Origin: a virus
Length of the DNA: 64,000 nucleotides
Reading direction: 5' to 3' (one strand)
IMG/VR virus record: IMGVR_UViG_3300020445_000983
Coordinates: 1-64,000 of that record
Below, one piece after another: positions 54,242-61,502 of this stretch. Position 1 is the first letter of the stretch. The number at the start of each line of letters is the position of its first letter. Position numbers and translations under genes: made by a program. The notes beneath the pieces are model-generated. The model had not been told where the DNA came from. It did no database searches and saw only the letters and a program-made list of their open reading frames with translations.

Positions 54242-54385
54242 TTAATCAACAATAATGTTAGTTACCAATTCAAATACTTCAGGTTGAATATTTGCTTGCC
54301 TAGAAAGTGCATCTAGGAAAATGTTAGTAACTGTATCTAATTCGTCACCAGTTAGTGATTCATAGATGTCGAAAGTTTGTGCCAT
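54242..54385 (-). CDS. Small hypothetical protein (47 aa)
   Basis: Hand-translated MAQTFDIYESLTGDELDTVTNIFLDALSRQANIQPEVFELVTNIIVD; fills the gap. Confidence 0.6.
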   Translation of the reverse strand: MAQTFDIYESLTGDELDTVTNIFLDALSRQANIQPEVFELVTNIIVD

Positions 54386-54410
54386 TTGATTAATAACGAA
54401 GGTTTGCAAT

Positions 54411-54734
54411 TTAGTCTAGTAACATACCACTAACAAATGGGATTGATGTCTTATCTGATAGTCTGAAGTACCAAGTCCAGTCTTTCTGATATACACCTTC
54501 ACCCCATTTTCCGACCGCTTCGATAATAGCGTTAAGGCGGGATTTAGTGGTGTTTGATTGCCAACCTCCGTCAAATAGGCGGAAATCGATTCTACTTACC
54601 TCAGCAATTTTGTTGCCGTGTAAGTATACACTAGCGTTGTTAGTCTCAGGATCAATTTGTACACTTGTGTTGGAAGATTGCCAGTTAGTTCTGTTAAGAA
54701 TTGCTTGGTTCATTTGGGATTCAATCTTTCTCAT
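54411..54734 (-). CDS. Conserved phage early protein (MRKIE..MN.AI type)
   Basis: Start moved to ATG 54734; VYLHGNKIA, FDGGWQSNTTKSRLNA and VYQKDWTW motifs. Confidence 0.75.
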   Translation of the reverse strand: MRKIESQMNQAILNRTNWQSSNTSVQIDPETNNASVYLHGNKIAEVSRIDFRLFDGGWQSNTTKSRLNAIIEAVGKWGEGVYQKDWTWYFRLSDKTSIPFVSGMLLD

Positions 54735-54761
54735 AAGTGTTTTAATTGCGTTGTTATTATT

Positions 54762-54819
54762 ATAATAGGCGATCAGAGGGGTAAATGGGGGAAATGTGTG
54801 TAGGTTATCTAATTGGCAC
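54762..54819 (-). promoter_or_regulatory. 58-bp early promoter-like element, copy 1
   Basis: GTGCC-N8-AACCTACACACA...CCATTTACC-N12-TATTAT. Confidence 0.75.
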
Positions 54820-54829
54820 ACTTCCCAGG

Positions 54830-55153
54830 TCAAATGGTGTCATCCTCTGCTAATTTCTTAAATGCCTGATCCATATGAAATGTTGGGTTCATTGAATCAA
54901 CCAAATGATCCACACATTCTCTATAATCAGTGCCATTTGTTATGCACTTCTGTACATCATTAGCAGTGTAATTACCCTCGTAATTATCACAAACTGATTC
55001 TAATGCTGAGAAGATGTTATCAACATCAAGAGAGAAATTGCCTCCTTGATTGTAATCATCATTGCCATCAATGTATCCTTCTAAACAGTAAAGAATTGTA
55101 GAGATTTCGTTACCTGTTAGTGTAACATTGTGGACTGAATCTTCAAAACTCAT
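54830..55153 (-). CDS. Hypothetical protein
   Basis: 107-aa ORF coupled to the upstream stop. Confidence 0.7.
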   Translation of the reverse strand: MSFEDSVHNVTLTGNEISTILYCLEGYIDGNDDYNQGGNFSLDVDNIFSALESVCDNYEGNYTANDVQKCITNGTDYRECVDHLVDSMNPTFHMDQAFKKLAEDDTI

Positions 55154-55371
55154 TAATACTCCTCCTGTGCAATAAATGGGGTAATGTTATCATTAGTGAC
55201 CTTATATCCTGTCACCTCAGCATTAACGTAATCCTGGGAATCATCATCCCTAATTGAATGATTGGAGTTCAAATAGCATTGAATTTCTTCTGCTAAGTGT
55301 ACAGGATTGAGGGCATCTTCACTATCATATACTATACGAAATGTGAAGTCTTTAACTAATACTTTAGTCAT
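55153..55371 (-). CDS. Hypothetical protein
   Basis: 72 aa with GAGG upstream. Confidence 0.7.
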   Translation of the reverse strand: MTKVLVKDFTFRIVYDSEDALNPVHLAEEIQCYLNSNHSIRDDDSQDYVNAEVTGYKVTNDNITPFIAQEEY

Positions 55372-55582
55372 CTAATTCCTCCTCTAATTGTGTTAAGTCG
55401 TTGAGGAATAACCACTCGTACTTATCACTTGGATCTTTGCCATCTACAACATATTCTGAATAGATAGCGTCCGCATCTTCGTACATATCGAAGTCAACAA
55501 AGGTGCGTAATTTGCACAAGTAATTATCTTCTAAGAGACGAATACTTGCTTCTCTGTGTGTTACCACGTCCATTGAATTCAT
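55364..55582 (-). CDS. Hypothetical protein
   Basis: 72 aa from ATG MNSMDV with AAGGAG upstream. Confidence 0.65.
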   Translation of the reverse strand: MNSMDVVTHREASIRLLEDNYLCKLRTFVDFDMYEDADAIYSEYVVDGKDPSDKYEWLFLNDLTQLEEELDD

Positions 55583-55586
55583 CTCC

Positions 55587-55859
55587 TTAATAGTTAGAAA
55601 GTGTACGATAGGGTTTGTGTACATATTGTACACAATTAGGGAATAGAGATAACATCATATCTCTTACTCTTTCACGGTCTACACTATCACCACCTCCCCA
55701 AGTATAGCGAGGATGGTTAATCTTAGCAGCACTGATTAGAGTCTTACGATATTGCCCATAAGCAGCAAATAAGCGTTCTTTAGTACATCCAGCGATAGGA
55801 TATAACCCATCATCAGTGTTATAAAAAGAATAGCAATAATCAATGAATTCTTGGATCAT
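55587..55859 (-). CDS. Conserved phage hypothetical protein (GGDSVDRERVRD motif)
   Basis: 90 aa; EFIDYC.SFY...GLYP motif; follows promoter element copy 2. Confidence 0.75.
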   Translation of the reverse strand: MIQEFIDYCYSFYNTDDGLYPIAGCTKERLFAAYGQYRKTLISAAKINHPRYTWGGGDSVDRERVRDMMLSLFPNCVQYVHKPYRTLSNY

Positions 55860-55885
55860 AAGGTTTGAATTTCGTTGTTATGTAT

Positions 55886-55943
55886 ACAATAGAGCATTTG
55901 ATAGGCAAATGGGGAAAATGTGTGTAGGTTAGTGTACTGTCAC
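55886..55943 (-). promoter_or_regulatory. 58-bp early promoter-like element, copy 2
   Basis: GTGAC-N8-AACCTACACACA...CCATTTGCC-N12-TATTGT. Confidence 0.75.
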
Positions 55944-56096
55944 ACCCCACTCGTATTTGTCTATACTTTTGTGGCAGACTTGACAGGTTAATGCACACCA
56001 AGCAAAATGAAATACCCTTGCATTGTTATTACAATGTGGGCATACTATTTGTTTGCCGTTAACACCTGCACGAGTGAATCTGTTAACTAAGTTCAT
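55929..56096 (-). CDS. Small zinc-ribbon protein (55 aa)
   Basis: Hand-translated MNLVNRFTRAGVNGKQIVCPHCNNNARVFHFAWCALTCQVCHKSIDKYEWGVTVH; two CxxC; ATGA coupling. Confidence 0.72.
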   Translation of the reverse strand: MNLVNRFTRAGVNGKQIVCPHCNNNARVFHFAWCALTCQVCHKSIDKYEWGVTVH

Positions 56097-56230
56097 AGAA
56101 TTAATGCAAGTTTACGTTTGATAGTGTTCCAAAATTCATTCTCATTATCATCAATGAGATCAATTTGTTCGAGATTGATTAATACATTGAGTGCATCAAT
56201 CTCTTCAGTTGTTAGTATATTATCAGGCAT
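56093..56230 (-). CDS. Small hypothetical protein
   Basis: 45 aa from ATG MPDNIL; TAATG coupling. Confidence 0.6.
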   Translation of the reverse strand: MPDNILTTEEIDALNVLINLEQIDLIDDNENEFWNTIKRKLALIL

Positions 56231-56460
56231 TATAGACCATCCTTGATTGTTAATGAGTTTGCGTGATTCCAGAGGTTGTTTAAACAAAATGAATGAATTG
56301 CGAAGAGATCATTCATATTAACCCCACTCAAATCGTCCCACTCTGAAACATAATCTTGATTGTCAAAATCACCTGTTCCATTATCATATTGTGGGCAAGA
56401 TCTGAAATCTTGGTTATCATCAACCCAGAATAGTCTTCCGAAAGATTTACTGTGAAACAT
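56230..56460 (-). CDS. Hypothetical protein
   Basis: 76 aa with AAGGAG RBS. Confidence 0.7.
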   Translation of the reverse strand: MFHSKSFGRLFWVDDNQDFRSCPQYDNGTGDFDNQDYVSEWDDLSGVNMNDLFAIHSFCLNNLWNHANSLTIKDGL

Positions 56461-56482
56461 TGCTAATTCTCCTTAATAGTGT

Positions 56483-56644
56483 TTACTGATCTGCAATTAT
56501 ATCCCATACTGAGATATAATTTAATAACCAAGTTCTTTGGTCATTTGTGACATTTTGAGTGTACAATATGTCATCCGCAGATTGTAACTCAAGAGAGTTC
56601 AATTTGCAGTAGTCATATAATACATCTGAGAGGAAATTTAGCAT
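56483..56644 (-). CDS. Small hypothetical protein
   Basis: 53 aa from ATG MLNFLS. Confidence 0.6.
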   Translation of the reverse strand: MLNFLSDVLYDYCKLNSLELQSADDILYTQNVTNDQRTWLLNYISVWDIIADQ

Positions 56645-56658
56645 AATAAAAGTTATAT

Positions 56659-56683
56659 AAAATGGGGTGCAAAAGCACCCCAT
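56659..56683 (-). terminator. Rho-independent terminator / hairpin
   Basis: ATGGGGTGC-TTTT-GCACCCCAT perfect stem followed by TTT. Confidence 0.7.
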
Positions 56684-56691
56684 AAGTGTAA

Positions 56692-56796
56692 TTAAACCTC
56701 GGTTTGTAGATACTCAAGATAACGATCAATTACTTGGAGTAATTCGTTACCATTTGAGGCATCTTCGAGTTGTGCAAAAAGTGATGGATTTGCCAT
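56692..56796 (-). CDS. Small protein (34 aa)
   Basis: Hand-translated MANPSLFAQLEDASNGNELLQVIDRYLEYLQTEV, followed by a terminator. Confidence 0.55.
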   Translation of the reverse strand: MANPSLFAQLEDASNGNELLQVIDRYLEYLQTEV

Positions 56797-56825
56797 TTTA
56801 AATGAGCGAGGTTAACAGTTGAAAG

Positions 56826-56944
56826 AAGGACTTACACTCAATGATTGATGTTAGCACTCACACTAACCCATTGGATGCCTTTATTGTTGGGACTTACACG
56901 AATTGGCGTTTAGCAACTAAATGCTTGCGAGATCAATGCCCAAC
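56826..56944 (-). ncRNA. Candidate tandem structured RNA (two GGCA...UGUAAGUCC stem-loops)
   Basis: Non-coding gap with two hairpins sharing GTGTAAGTCC and differing but still paired stems. Confidence 0.45.
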
Positions 56945-57007
56945 GAGATCAGAGAGGATAGTGTTTGATGTACTCTAGGATCTCATCATAGTCAAATTCA
57001 AGTTGCA

Positions 57008-57160
57008 TCATCTGGAATAGTATAGGGTGAACTCGGTGAGGATCTTGGGTGAAGGTCGGAAGATGACTGGTTGGAGTCGTTGAGCGATCCGATCAAAGAA
57101 GATATAGGAACGATCTTCCCATTTCTTGTAAGATCCCCATTTCTTGTCTTTGAAGGTCAT
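57008..57160 (-). CDS. Small basic hypothetical protein (50 aa)
   Basis: Hand-translated MTFKDKKWGSYKKWEDRSYIFFDRIAQRLQPVIFRPSPKILTEFTLYYSR; first ORF after promoter element copy 3; followed by a coupled 20-aa ORF (56949-57011). Confidence 0.45.
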   Translation of the reverse strand: MTFKDKKWGSYKKWEDRSYIFFDRIAQRLQPVIFRPSPKILTEFTLYYSR

Positions 57161-57187
57161 TTGGGTTGTTCCCTTGTTGACTTCTTA

Positions 57188-57245
57188 ATAATAGGCGATC
57201 AGGTGGGTAAATGGTGAAACTGTGTGTAGGTTGTTCAACCGTCAC
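57188..57245 (-). promoter_or_regulatory. 58-bp early promoter-like element, copy 3
   Basis: GTGAC-N8-AACCTACACACA...CCATTTACC-N12-TATTAT. Confidence 0.75.
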
Positions 57246-57498
57246 AGTCTGGACAATCTCCAGAATCTTCTACAGTACCATCATTACATCCTATGCAACG
57301 ATTTTTATGTAGAATCCTCTGCTGCTCTAGTATCACTGACTCGTGATAATCGAACAGTCTTTCGATCTTATCCTGTATGCTCCTGAATAGGTCAGTATCC
57401 TCTTTATTGTCTGATACTGCTATGGCATCACTCAACAGTTGATCTATGGTCACATAGTCCTCGTCCGAGAACTCCACGAAATCTCTATAGGTCTTCAT
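57235..57498 (-). CDS. Hypothetical protein with C-terminal CxxC..CxxC zinc finger
   Basis: 87 aa ending CIGCNDG...CPDCDG; ATGA coupling to the nuclease-like gene. Confidence 0.7.
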   Translation of the reverse strand: MKTYRDFVEFSDEDYVTIDQLLSDAIAVSDNKEDTDLFRSIQDKIERLFDYHESVILEQQRILHKNRCIGCNDGTVEDSGDCPDCDG

Positions 57499-58016
57499 AG
57501 CACTTGAACTCCGTACTGTCTGATTAGTTTGTTAGGGATAGTGTACCCTAGGCGAGGATCTTTTCTGTTGCTGGTGCTCTCAAATTGTCTCTTGAGATTT
57601 GGCACAAGGATATCAAGCACTTGTTGTGCGGTCATCCTGTACACTTCAACAACCTTGCCGAGGTGATAGCGTGCGAAGAAATGGTGATGATATTTACCAA
57701 TTTTCTCCTCACGTAGGTATTTAACCTGCTTTTCCCAGGTCTCCTGTACACTGATACCATTATAGGTCGCTGTAAGTTTCTTGCCTATGGTTGACTTGTA
57801 CTCTACAGGTCTATCATTCTCATCATAGGCATCTGCACCAGAATAGTCATCTGCTACGCTATGACCTAGCAGACCAGCAAGGTGTATTTCTCTACTGCGT
57901 GCATAACTGAAGGGATCACCCCAGTTCTGAGCATCACAGAGTTCATACATCTGCTCAAAGAGTTCTTGGTATTGTTGCTCTGGTGTGGTCACTGGAATTG
58001 TGAAAGAAGGGGACAT
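57495..58016 (-). CDS. PD-(D/E)xK-like nuclease (restriction-endonuclease-like)
   Basis: Start moved to ATG MSPSFT (173 aa); RE...GADA......EYKS pattern. Confidence 0.6.
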   Translation of the reverse strand: MSPSFTIPVTTPEQQYQELFEQMYELCDAQNWGDPFSYARSREIHLAGLLGHSVADDYSGADAYDENDRPVEYKSTIGKKLTATYNGISVQETWEKQVKYLREEKIGKYHHHFFARYHLGKVVEVYRMTAQQVLDILVPNLKRQFESTSNRKDPRLGYTIPNKLIRQYGVQVL

Positions 58017-58029
58017 AATAAAATGTAGT

Positions 58030-58060
58030 AAAAAAGACCTGTGCCTACTGGCAGAGATCT
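58030..58060 (-). terminator. Rho-independent terminator
   Basis: AGATCT-C-TGCC-AGTA-GGCA-C-AGGTCT followed by T-run. Confidence 0.65.
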
Positions 58061-58227
58061 TCAAATCGTTGTTGTGCTTCTTGGATGATGCACTCAAGTG
58101 TACCTGATTTGTTTCTCCAGCAAAGTTCGTTGAGTTGATCTTCGGTGAGTTCATTAGCGATTCTGAACTCTTCCCAGACTTCATCGTGAAGTTGCTCAAG
58201 AATCATTTCATTCTGAAGGACTGACAT
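58045..58227 (-). CDS. Small conserved phage protein (MS.LQNE.ILE.L..E)
   Basis: 60 aa with GGAGG RBS. Confidence 0.72.
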   Translation of the reverse strand: MSVLQNEMILEQLHDEVWEEFRIANELTEDQLNELCWRNKSGTLECIIQEAQQRFEDLCQ

Positions 58228-58386
58228 TTAAGCAACCTCCTTAGCGTCAAGAACTGCGTCCCATAGTTTGTCGAACTGGTCGCAGTGCTCGCTGGTCTCC
58301 TGAAGGTCAAGGTCAGCGATAGTTGAAAAGAGATCAGTGAGTAGTTCGTGCTGATCTTGAGAGAGTTGTAGTGTAACGTTGTTCAT
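58228..58386 (-). CDS. Small hypothetical protein
   Basis: 52 aa from ATG MNNVTL, directly after the -10 of promoter element copy 4 (possibly leaderless). Confidence 0.6.
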   Translation of the reverse strand: MNNVTLQLSQDQHELLTDLFSTIADLDLQETSEHCDQFDKLWDAVLDAKEVA

Positions 58387-58392
58387 ATTGTT

Positions 58393-58450
58393 AATATAGT
58401 CGATTTTAGGGTCAAATGGTAAAAGTGTGTGTAGGTTAGTCAACTGGCAC
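58393..58450 (-). promoter_or_regulatory. 58-bp early promoter-like element, copy 4
   Basis: GTGCC-N8-AACCTACACACA...CCATTTGAC-N12-TATATT. Confidence 0.75.
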
Positions 58451-58612
58451 CTACTGACCATTGGTGTATGATCCCATCAAGCAAGCACCATATCTTACCT
58501 CAGCATATCCATACTCTTCGGATAGGTCTAGGCAAAGACCCCAACAATCGTCAAGGTCAACAAATGAGGAATTCTCATAAGGTGCGGATGGGCAGTGAAC
58601 TGAATATCTCAT
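58451..58612 (-). CDS. Small hypothetical protein (53 aa)
   Basis: Hand-translated MRYSVHCPSAPYENSSFVDLDDCWGLCLDLSEEYGYAEVRYGACLMGSYTNGQ. Confidence 0.65.
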   Translation of the reverse strand: MRYSVHCPSAPYENSSFVDLDDCWGLCLDLSEEYGYAEVRYGACLMGSYTNGQ

Positions 58613-58648
58613 AGTTTTAATTTCGTTTGTATAATACCATTATTGCAT

Positions 58649-58672
58649 AAAAAAATGCCCTTGTGGGCATTT
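58649..58672 (-). terminator. Rho-independent terminator embedded in a promoter-element variant
   Basis: AATGCCC-ACAA-GGGCATT followed by T-run. Confidence 0.75.
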
Positions 58673-58698
58673 AGTGGTCGATTTCTTTTTTGGCACAG

Positions 58699-59109
58699 TT
58701 ACCAGTGGGTTCCTAGGTGAGTCATTGTATTTTTGAATGAGTCCTTAGTGCTGGTATTGGTTAGGTCAATAGTTGGTGTTACACTGGTGTCTTTTGCTAT
58801 CTTGCCATCCTTGTCAATGTATCCCCAAGTTTTGCTATACCCTCCACGATCACTAGGTGCTACTGCTGTTATGAGTAGACCGTCATTAACGTCAGTTGTA
58901 TTAAATGCCCAGACTGTACTAGCGTTATCTCCAGAGATTTTCGCTTTCTTCGCTTCCAGTAGGTAGTTCGCACCATTGGTGCCACCTGCTGTCGTCTTTG
59001 CTGCTGCAATGCGTGCATTGATAGCGTTCAAGCGGTAAGTCTTCGCCTTTGCCACTAACGCATCACATATCTCTGTGCCTAGAGATGTAACTGTGCTACT
59101 AACTGCCAT
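58699..59109 (-). CDS. Hypothetical protein, probably late-expressed
   Basis: 136 aa, Ala/Thr-rich, AAAGGA RBS, late promoter upstream and terminator downstream. Confidence 0.75.
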   Translation of the reverse strand: MAVSSTVTSLGTEICDALVAKAKTYRLNAINARIAAAKTTAGGTNGANYLLEAKKAKISGDNASTVWAFNTTDVNDGLLITAVAPSDRGGYSKTWGYIDKDGKIAKDTSVTPTIDLTNTSTKDSFKNTMTHLGTHW

Positions 59110-59135
59110 TATCCTTAAAGTAACTTGTCCATATC

Positions 59136-59143
59136 TATTTATA
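59136..59143 (-). promoter_or_regulatory. T4-type late promoter TATAAATA
   Basis: Exact consensus ~27 nt upstream of ATG 59109. Confidence 0.75.
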
Positions 59144-60385
59144 CTATCTACGAACTACTCTAGGTGGGATACCATCAACAAAGATATTGTCAATTACTTT
59201 CTGCAACCTATTAATAGTTCTTGTACCATATTCTTTATGAATTGGTACAGTAACATAACCAGTAGGTTTGGCATAGAATTTCATCTCACCTGCTTTTATC
59301 CTTCCCTCATTGATACTTTGCCTATCTCTTTTATCCATACGAATAACACGACCTACAGTCTGTGCCATTTCAACTAGATTTAAGGTGCGTAATAATATGC
59401 AGTGAGTAAGACCTGGGACAGAGATACCCTCACTAAGTATACTATAATGAAAGACAATAAACTTGCGGTTAATGTCACTACCATAGTCTCTAAGTGTGTT
59501 GAAAAATATATCTCTCTTAACTTTCTTATCATTGACATAAGCACCGAACTTACTGGTAATATGTAGTACATCATACCCTCTACTTCTTAACTCATTGAGT
59601 ATAGTAGTATGACCGAGGATATTACTTAGCACCTTAGAAGATGGTACACTAACTAACACCTTACCAGACTTATCTTTAGGTAGGTTGTTAAGTATATCTT
59701 GAATAGTAATGCTATGATGTATATGCTGTCTTTCTTTTACAAAATGTAAATCAGTCTCAAAAGGTACAATAGTAGGTGATACTATGCTACCGTTGTTAAT
59801 TAACTCTTTTGCCTGTACATTCTCTAATACATTACCATAAACTAAACTGTTATTCATCCCCCTATTATTACCAGAAGAAAGAACAGGAGTAGCAGTAAAG
59901 TAATAGGATTGAACAGCAACATCAGACATAGAAGCAACACTAGGAAAGAAATTGCGTTTCGTAGAGTTATGTGCCTCGTCAAAATAGCAGCAATCAATAT
60001 TAATATTAGCAGATAGAATACGTCCAAGTGAGTGATATGTAGCGAAGATCAATTTAGGTCTCTTCCAGTTATTAACAGCAAAGTCATATATCTCAGTTGA
60101 GTTAGTAGTTTGCTGGTGTTTTGTATCTCCTGAGTGTACGTGAAGCACACCAGAATATGTCTTAATAACTGATAAGAATTCCTCACATAGTTGTTGTGCT
60201 AATAATATTCTAGGTGCAACAACTACAATAGTTCTAGTATTATCGTGCTCTAGTAATTGCTTGGCGTGCTGTATCATAATCATAGTCTTTCCACCACCAG
60301 TGGGAACTATGACCTGACCCTTGTCAGCGTCAAACATACTATTTAAAGCACGTTGTTGATGTGGACGTAAGACGATCAATTTCAA
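59144..60385 (-). CDS. SF2 DEAH-box helicase (ResIII-like)
   Basis: LRPHQ Q-motif, PTGGGKT Walker A, FDEAH, TAT, SEGISVP and QTVGRVIR; TTG start. Confidence 0.9.
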   Translation of the reverse strand: MKLIVLRPHQQRALNSMFDADKGQVIVPTGGGKTMIMIQHAKQLLEHDNTRTIVVVAPRILLAQQLCEEFLSVIKTYSGVLHVHSGDTKHQQTTNSTEIYDFAVNNWKRPKLIFATYHSLGRILSANINIDCCYFDEAHNSTKRNFFPSVASMSDVAVQSYYFTATPVLSSGNNRGMNNSLVYGNVLENVQAKELINNGSIVSPTIVPFETDLHFVKERQHIHHSITIQDILNNLPKDKSGKVLVSVPSSKVLSNILGHTTILNELRSRGYDVLHITSKFGAYVNDKKVKRDIFFNTLRDYGSDINRKFIVFHYSILSEGISVPGLTHCILLRTLNLVEMAQTVGRVIRMDKRDRQSINEGRIKAGEMKFYAKPTGYVTVPIHKEYGTRTINRLQKVIDNIFVDGIPPRVVRR

Positions 60386-60402
60386 ATCTCATTAATATAA
60401 GT

Positions 60403-60460
60403 ACAATAGTCTATTTTAAGACTATTTCACGATTTGATGTGACAGTTAGTCGATTGTCTT
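60403..60460 (-). promoter_or_regulatory. Variant of the 58-bp element upstream of the helicase
   Basis: AAGAC-N8-AACTGTCACA...TATTGT in the same register. Confidence 0.55.
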
Positions 60461-60507
60461 CCTTCTCAGGTGGTACCGCATCAACAACTCATATATTTTA
60501 TCAAGGA

Positions 60508-60648
60508 TCATAGTTTTGCTGTTACTCCAACAACTTGAGCATTTGGGTTGCGTGCTAGTGCTACCTCTCTTGCCTCTTGATAGTTGCGTGCTATGACATT
60601 CTCACAGAATACCTTACCAGCAACATAGAGTTTTACTTCAATGTTCAA
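60508..60648 (-). CDS. Small conserved phage protein (EVKLYVAGKVF...ALARNPNA)
   Basis: Hand-translated 46 aa from TTG with GGAGG RBS. Confidence 0.7.
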   Translation of the reverse strand: MNIEVKLYVAGKVFCENVIARNYQEAREVALARNPNAQVVGVTAKL

Positions 60649-60651
60649 TGG

Positions 60652-60852
60652 TCATCCTCCATATAGGTTGGGTTCATTATAGTCTACTATAATCTTCTCA
60701 ATGTCCTTCTGTGATAAATTGTTAAACATTGCCCACCTAGGGTCGTCATCATCCCAACTCATTGCAAAAGATCCATCCTCATTCTGCTTAATGGTTAGAC
60801 CATCATCAGGATCAGATTCAGGATCAACTGGTTTAATAGTGCGTTCATTCAT
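60652..60852 (-). CDS. Hypothetical protein
   Basis: 66 aa from ATG MNERTI, ATGA coupling; DGSF..SWD..DP.W motif. Confidence 0.7.
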   Translation of the reverse strand: MNERTIKPVDPESDPDDGLTIKQNEDGSFAMSWDDDDPRWAMFNNLSQKDIEKIIVDYNEPNLYGG

Positions 60853-61055
60853 AGTTCTAGTATTCTCCAATGCTGGTCATCTGGTGGATCAACCCAAAAC
60901 CAAAAATCGGGTTGTGATTGAGAAGATAGGAAAACTCTTCCATCCTCTCTCTTATTCTCTATTCTAGCATACGGGTTGTTATTCATATACCAAGCGAGTT
61001 TTTGCTTTGCTGCCTCACTCTGCGGTACTACCTTAACAAAATCTTTCAATGACAT
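60849..61055 (-). CDS. Hypothetical protein
   Basis: 68 aa; V.P.S..AK...FWFWV motif. Confidence 0.7.
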   Translation of the reverse strand: MSLKDFVKVVPQSEAAKQKLAWYMNNNPYARIENKREDGRVFLSSQSQPDFWFWVDPPDDQHWRILEL

Positions 61056-61081
61056 AAAAAAAGAGGGTCGTGTGACCCTCT
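61056..61081 (-). terminator. Rho-independent terminator
   Basis: AGAGGGTC-ACAC-GACCCTCT followed by T-run abutting the next ATG. Confidence 0.8.
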
Positions 61082-61087
61082 ATTTAT

Positions 61088-61411
61088 TTAATTAGCAGCA
61101 AATGCTCGATTGTAAGATTCTTTGACGTATTCGTAAGCAACCGTTGAGTGCTTGACTACGAACTGATAAGCGACCTTGAGATCTTTACCTAGTTCTTGTA
61201 TCTCGTACTCGTGGATGCTCCAGCGAATTTTTGCGTCTTCACGATAGTCTTTAAGACTGAGGTGAGTAGATTCTGGTCGAGTCTTTGCCTTAATTTCTTC
61301 AGTCATAGTCATTGCAACAGGTTTTGTGTATTTAGCAGTGGTGACCTTAGAAGTTGTCTTGCGTGCTCTCCTCTTGCGTGGTGCCTTTGGAGTAGTAGCA
61401 GCAGTTGGCAT
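61088..61411 (-). CDS. Hypothetical protein with basic histone-tail-like N-terminus
   Basis: 107 aa; PKAPRKRRARKTTSK. Confidence 0.72.
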   Translation of the reverse strand: MPTAATTPKAPRKRRARKTTSKVTTAKYTKPVAMTMTEEIKAKTRPESTHLSLKDYREDAKIRWSIHEYEIQELGKDLKVAYQFVVKHSTVAYEYVKESYNRAFAAN

Positions 61412-61502
61412 AATGTCGTGAATCTTTTGGACTCCTCCATAATAATGGTGAGGTACTCAATTCCCAGGTGAAATGTAACAAATGTTAACTAAAAAGGACA
61501 GT

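Noticed and set aside
58017-58199. N-terminal extension of the nuclease-like ORF in the ORF track
   Set aside because: It overlaps a better 60-aa gene and a terminator; ATG 58016 is the more plausible start.
54762-58450. Regularly spaced repeats as a CRISPR array or integron-like attC sites
   Set aside because: Spacing is over 1 kb with several genes between, each copy ends in a -10 hexamer, there is no long attC-like palindrome, and no cas or integrase gene is present.
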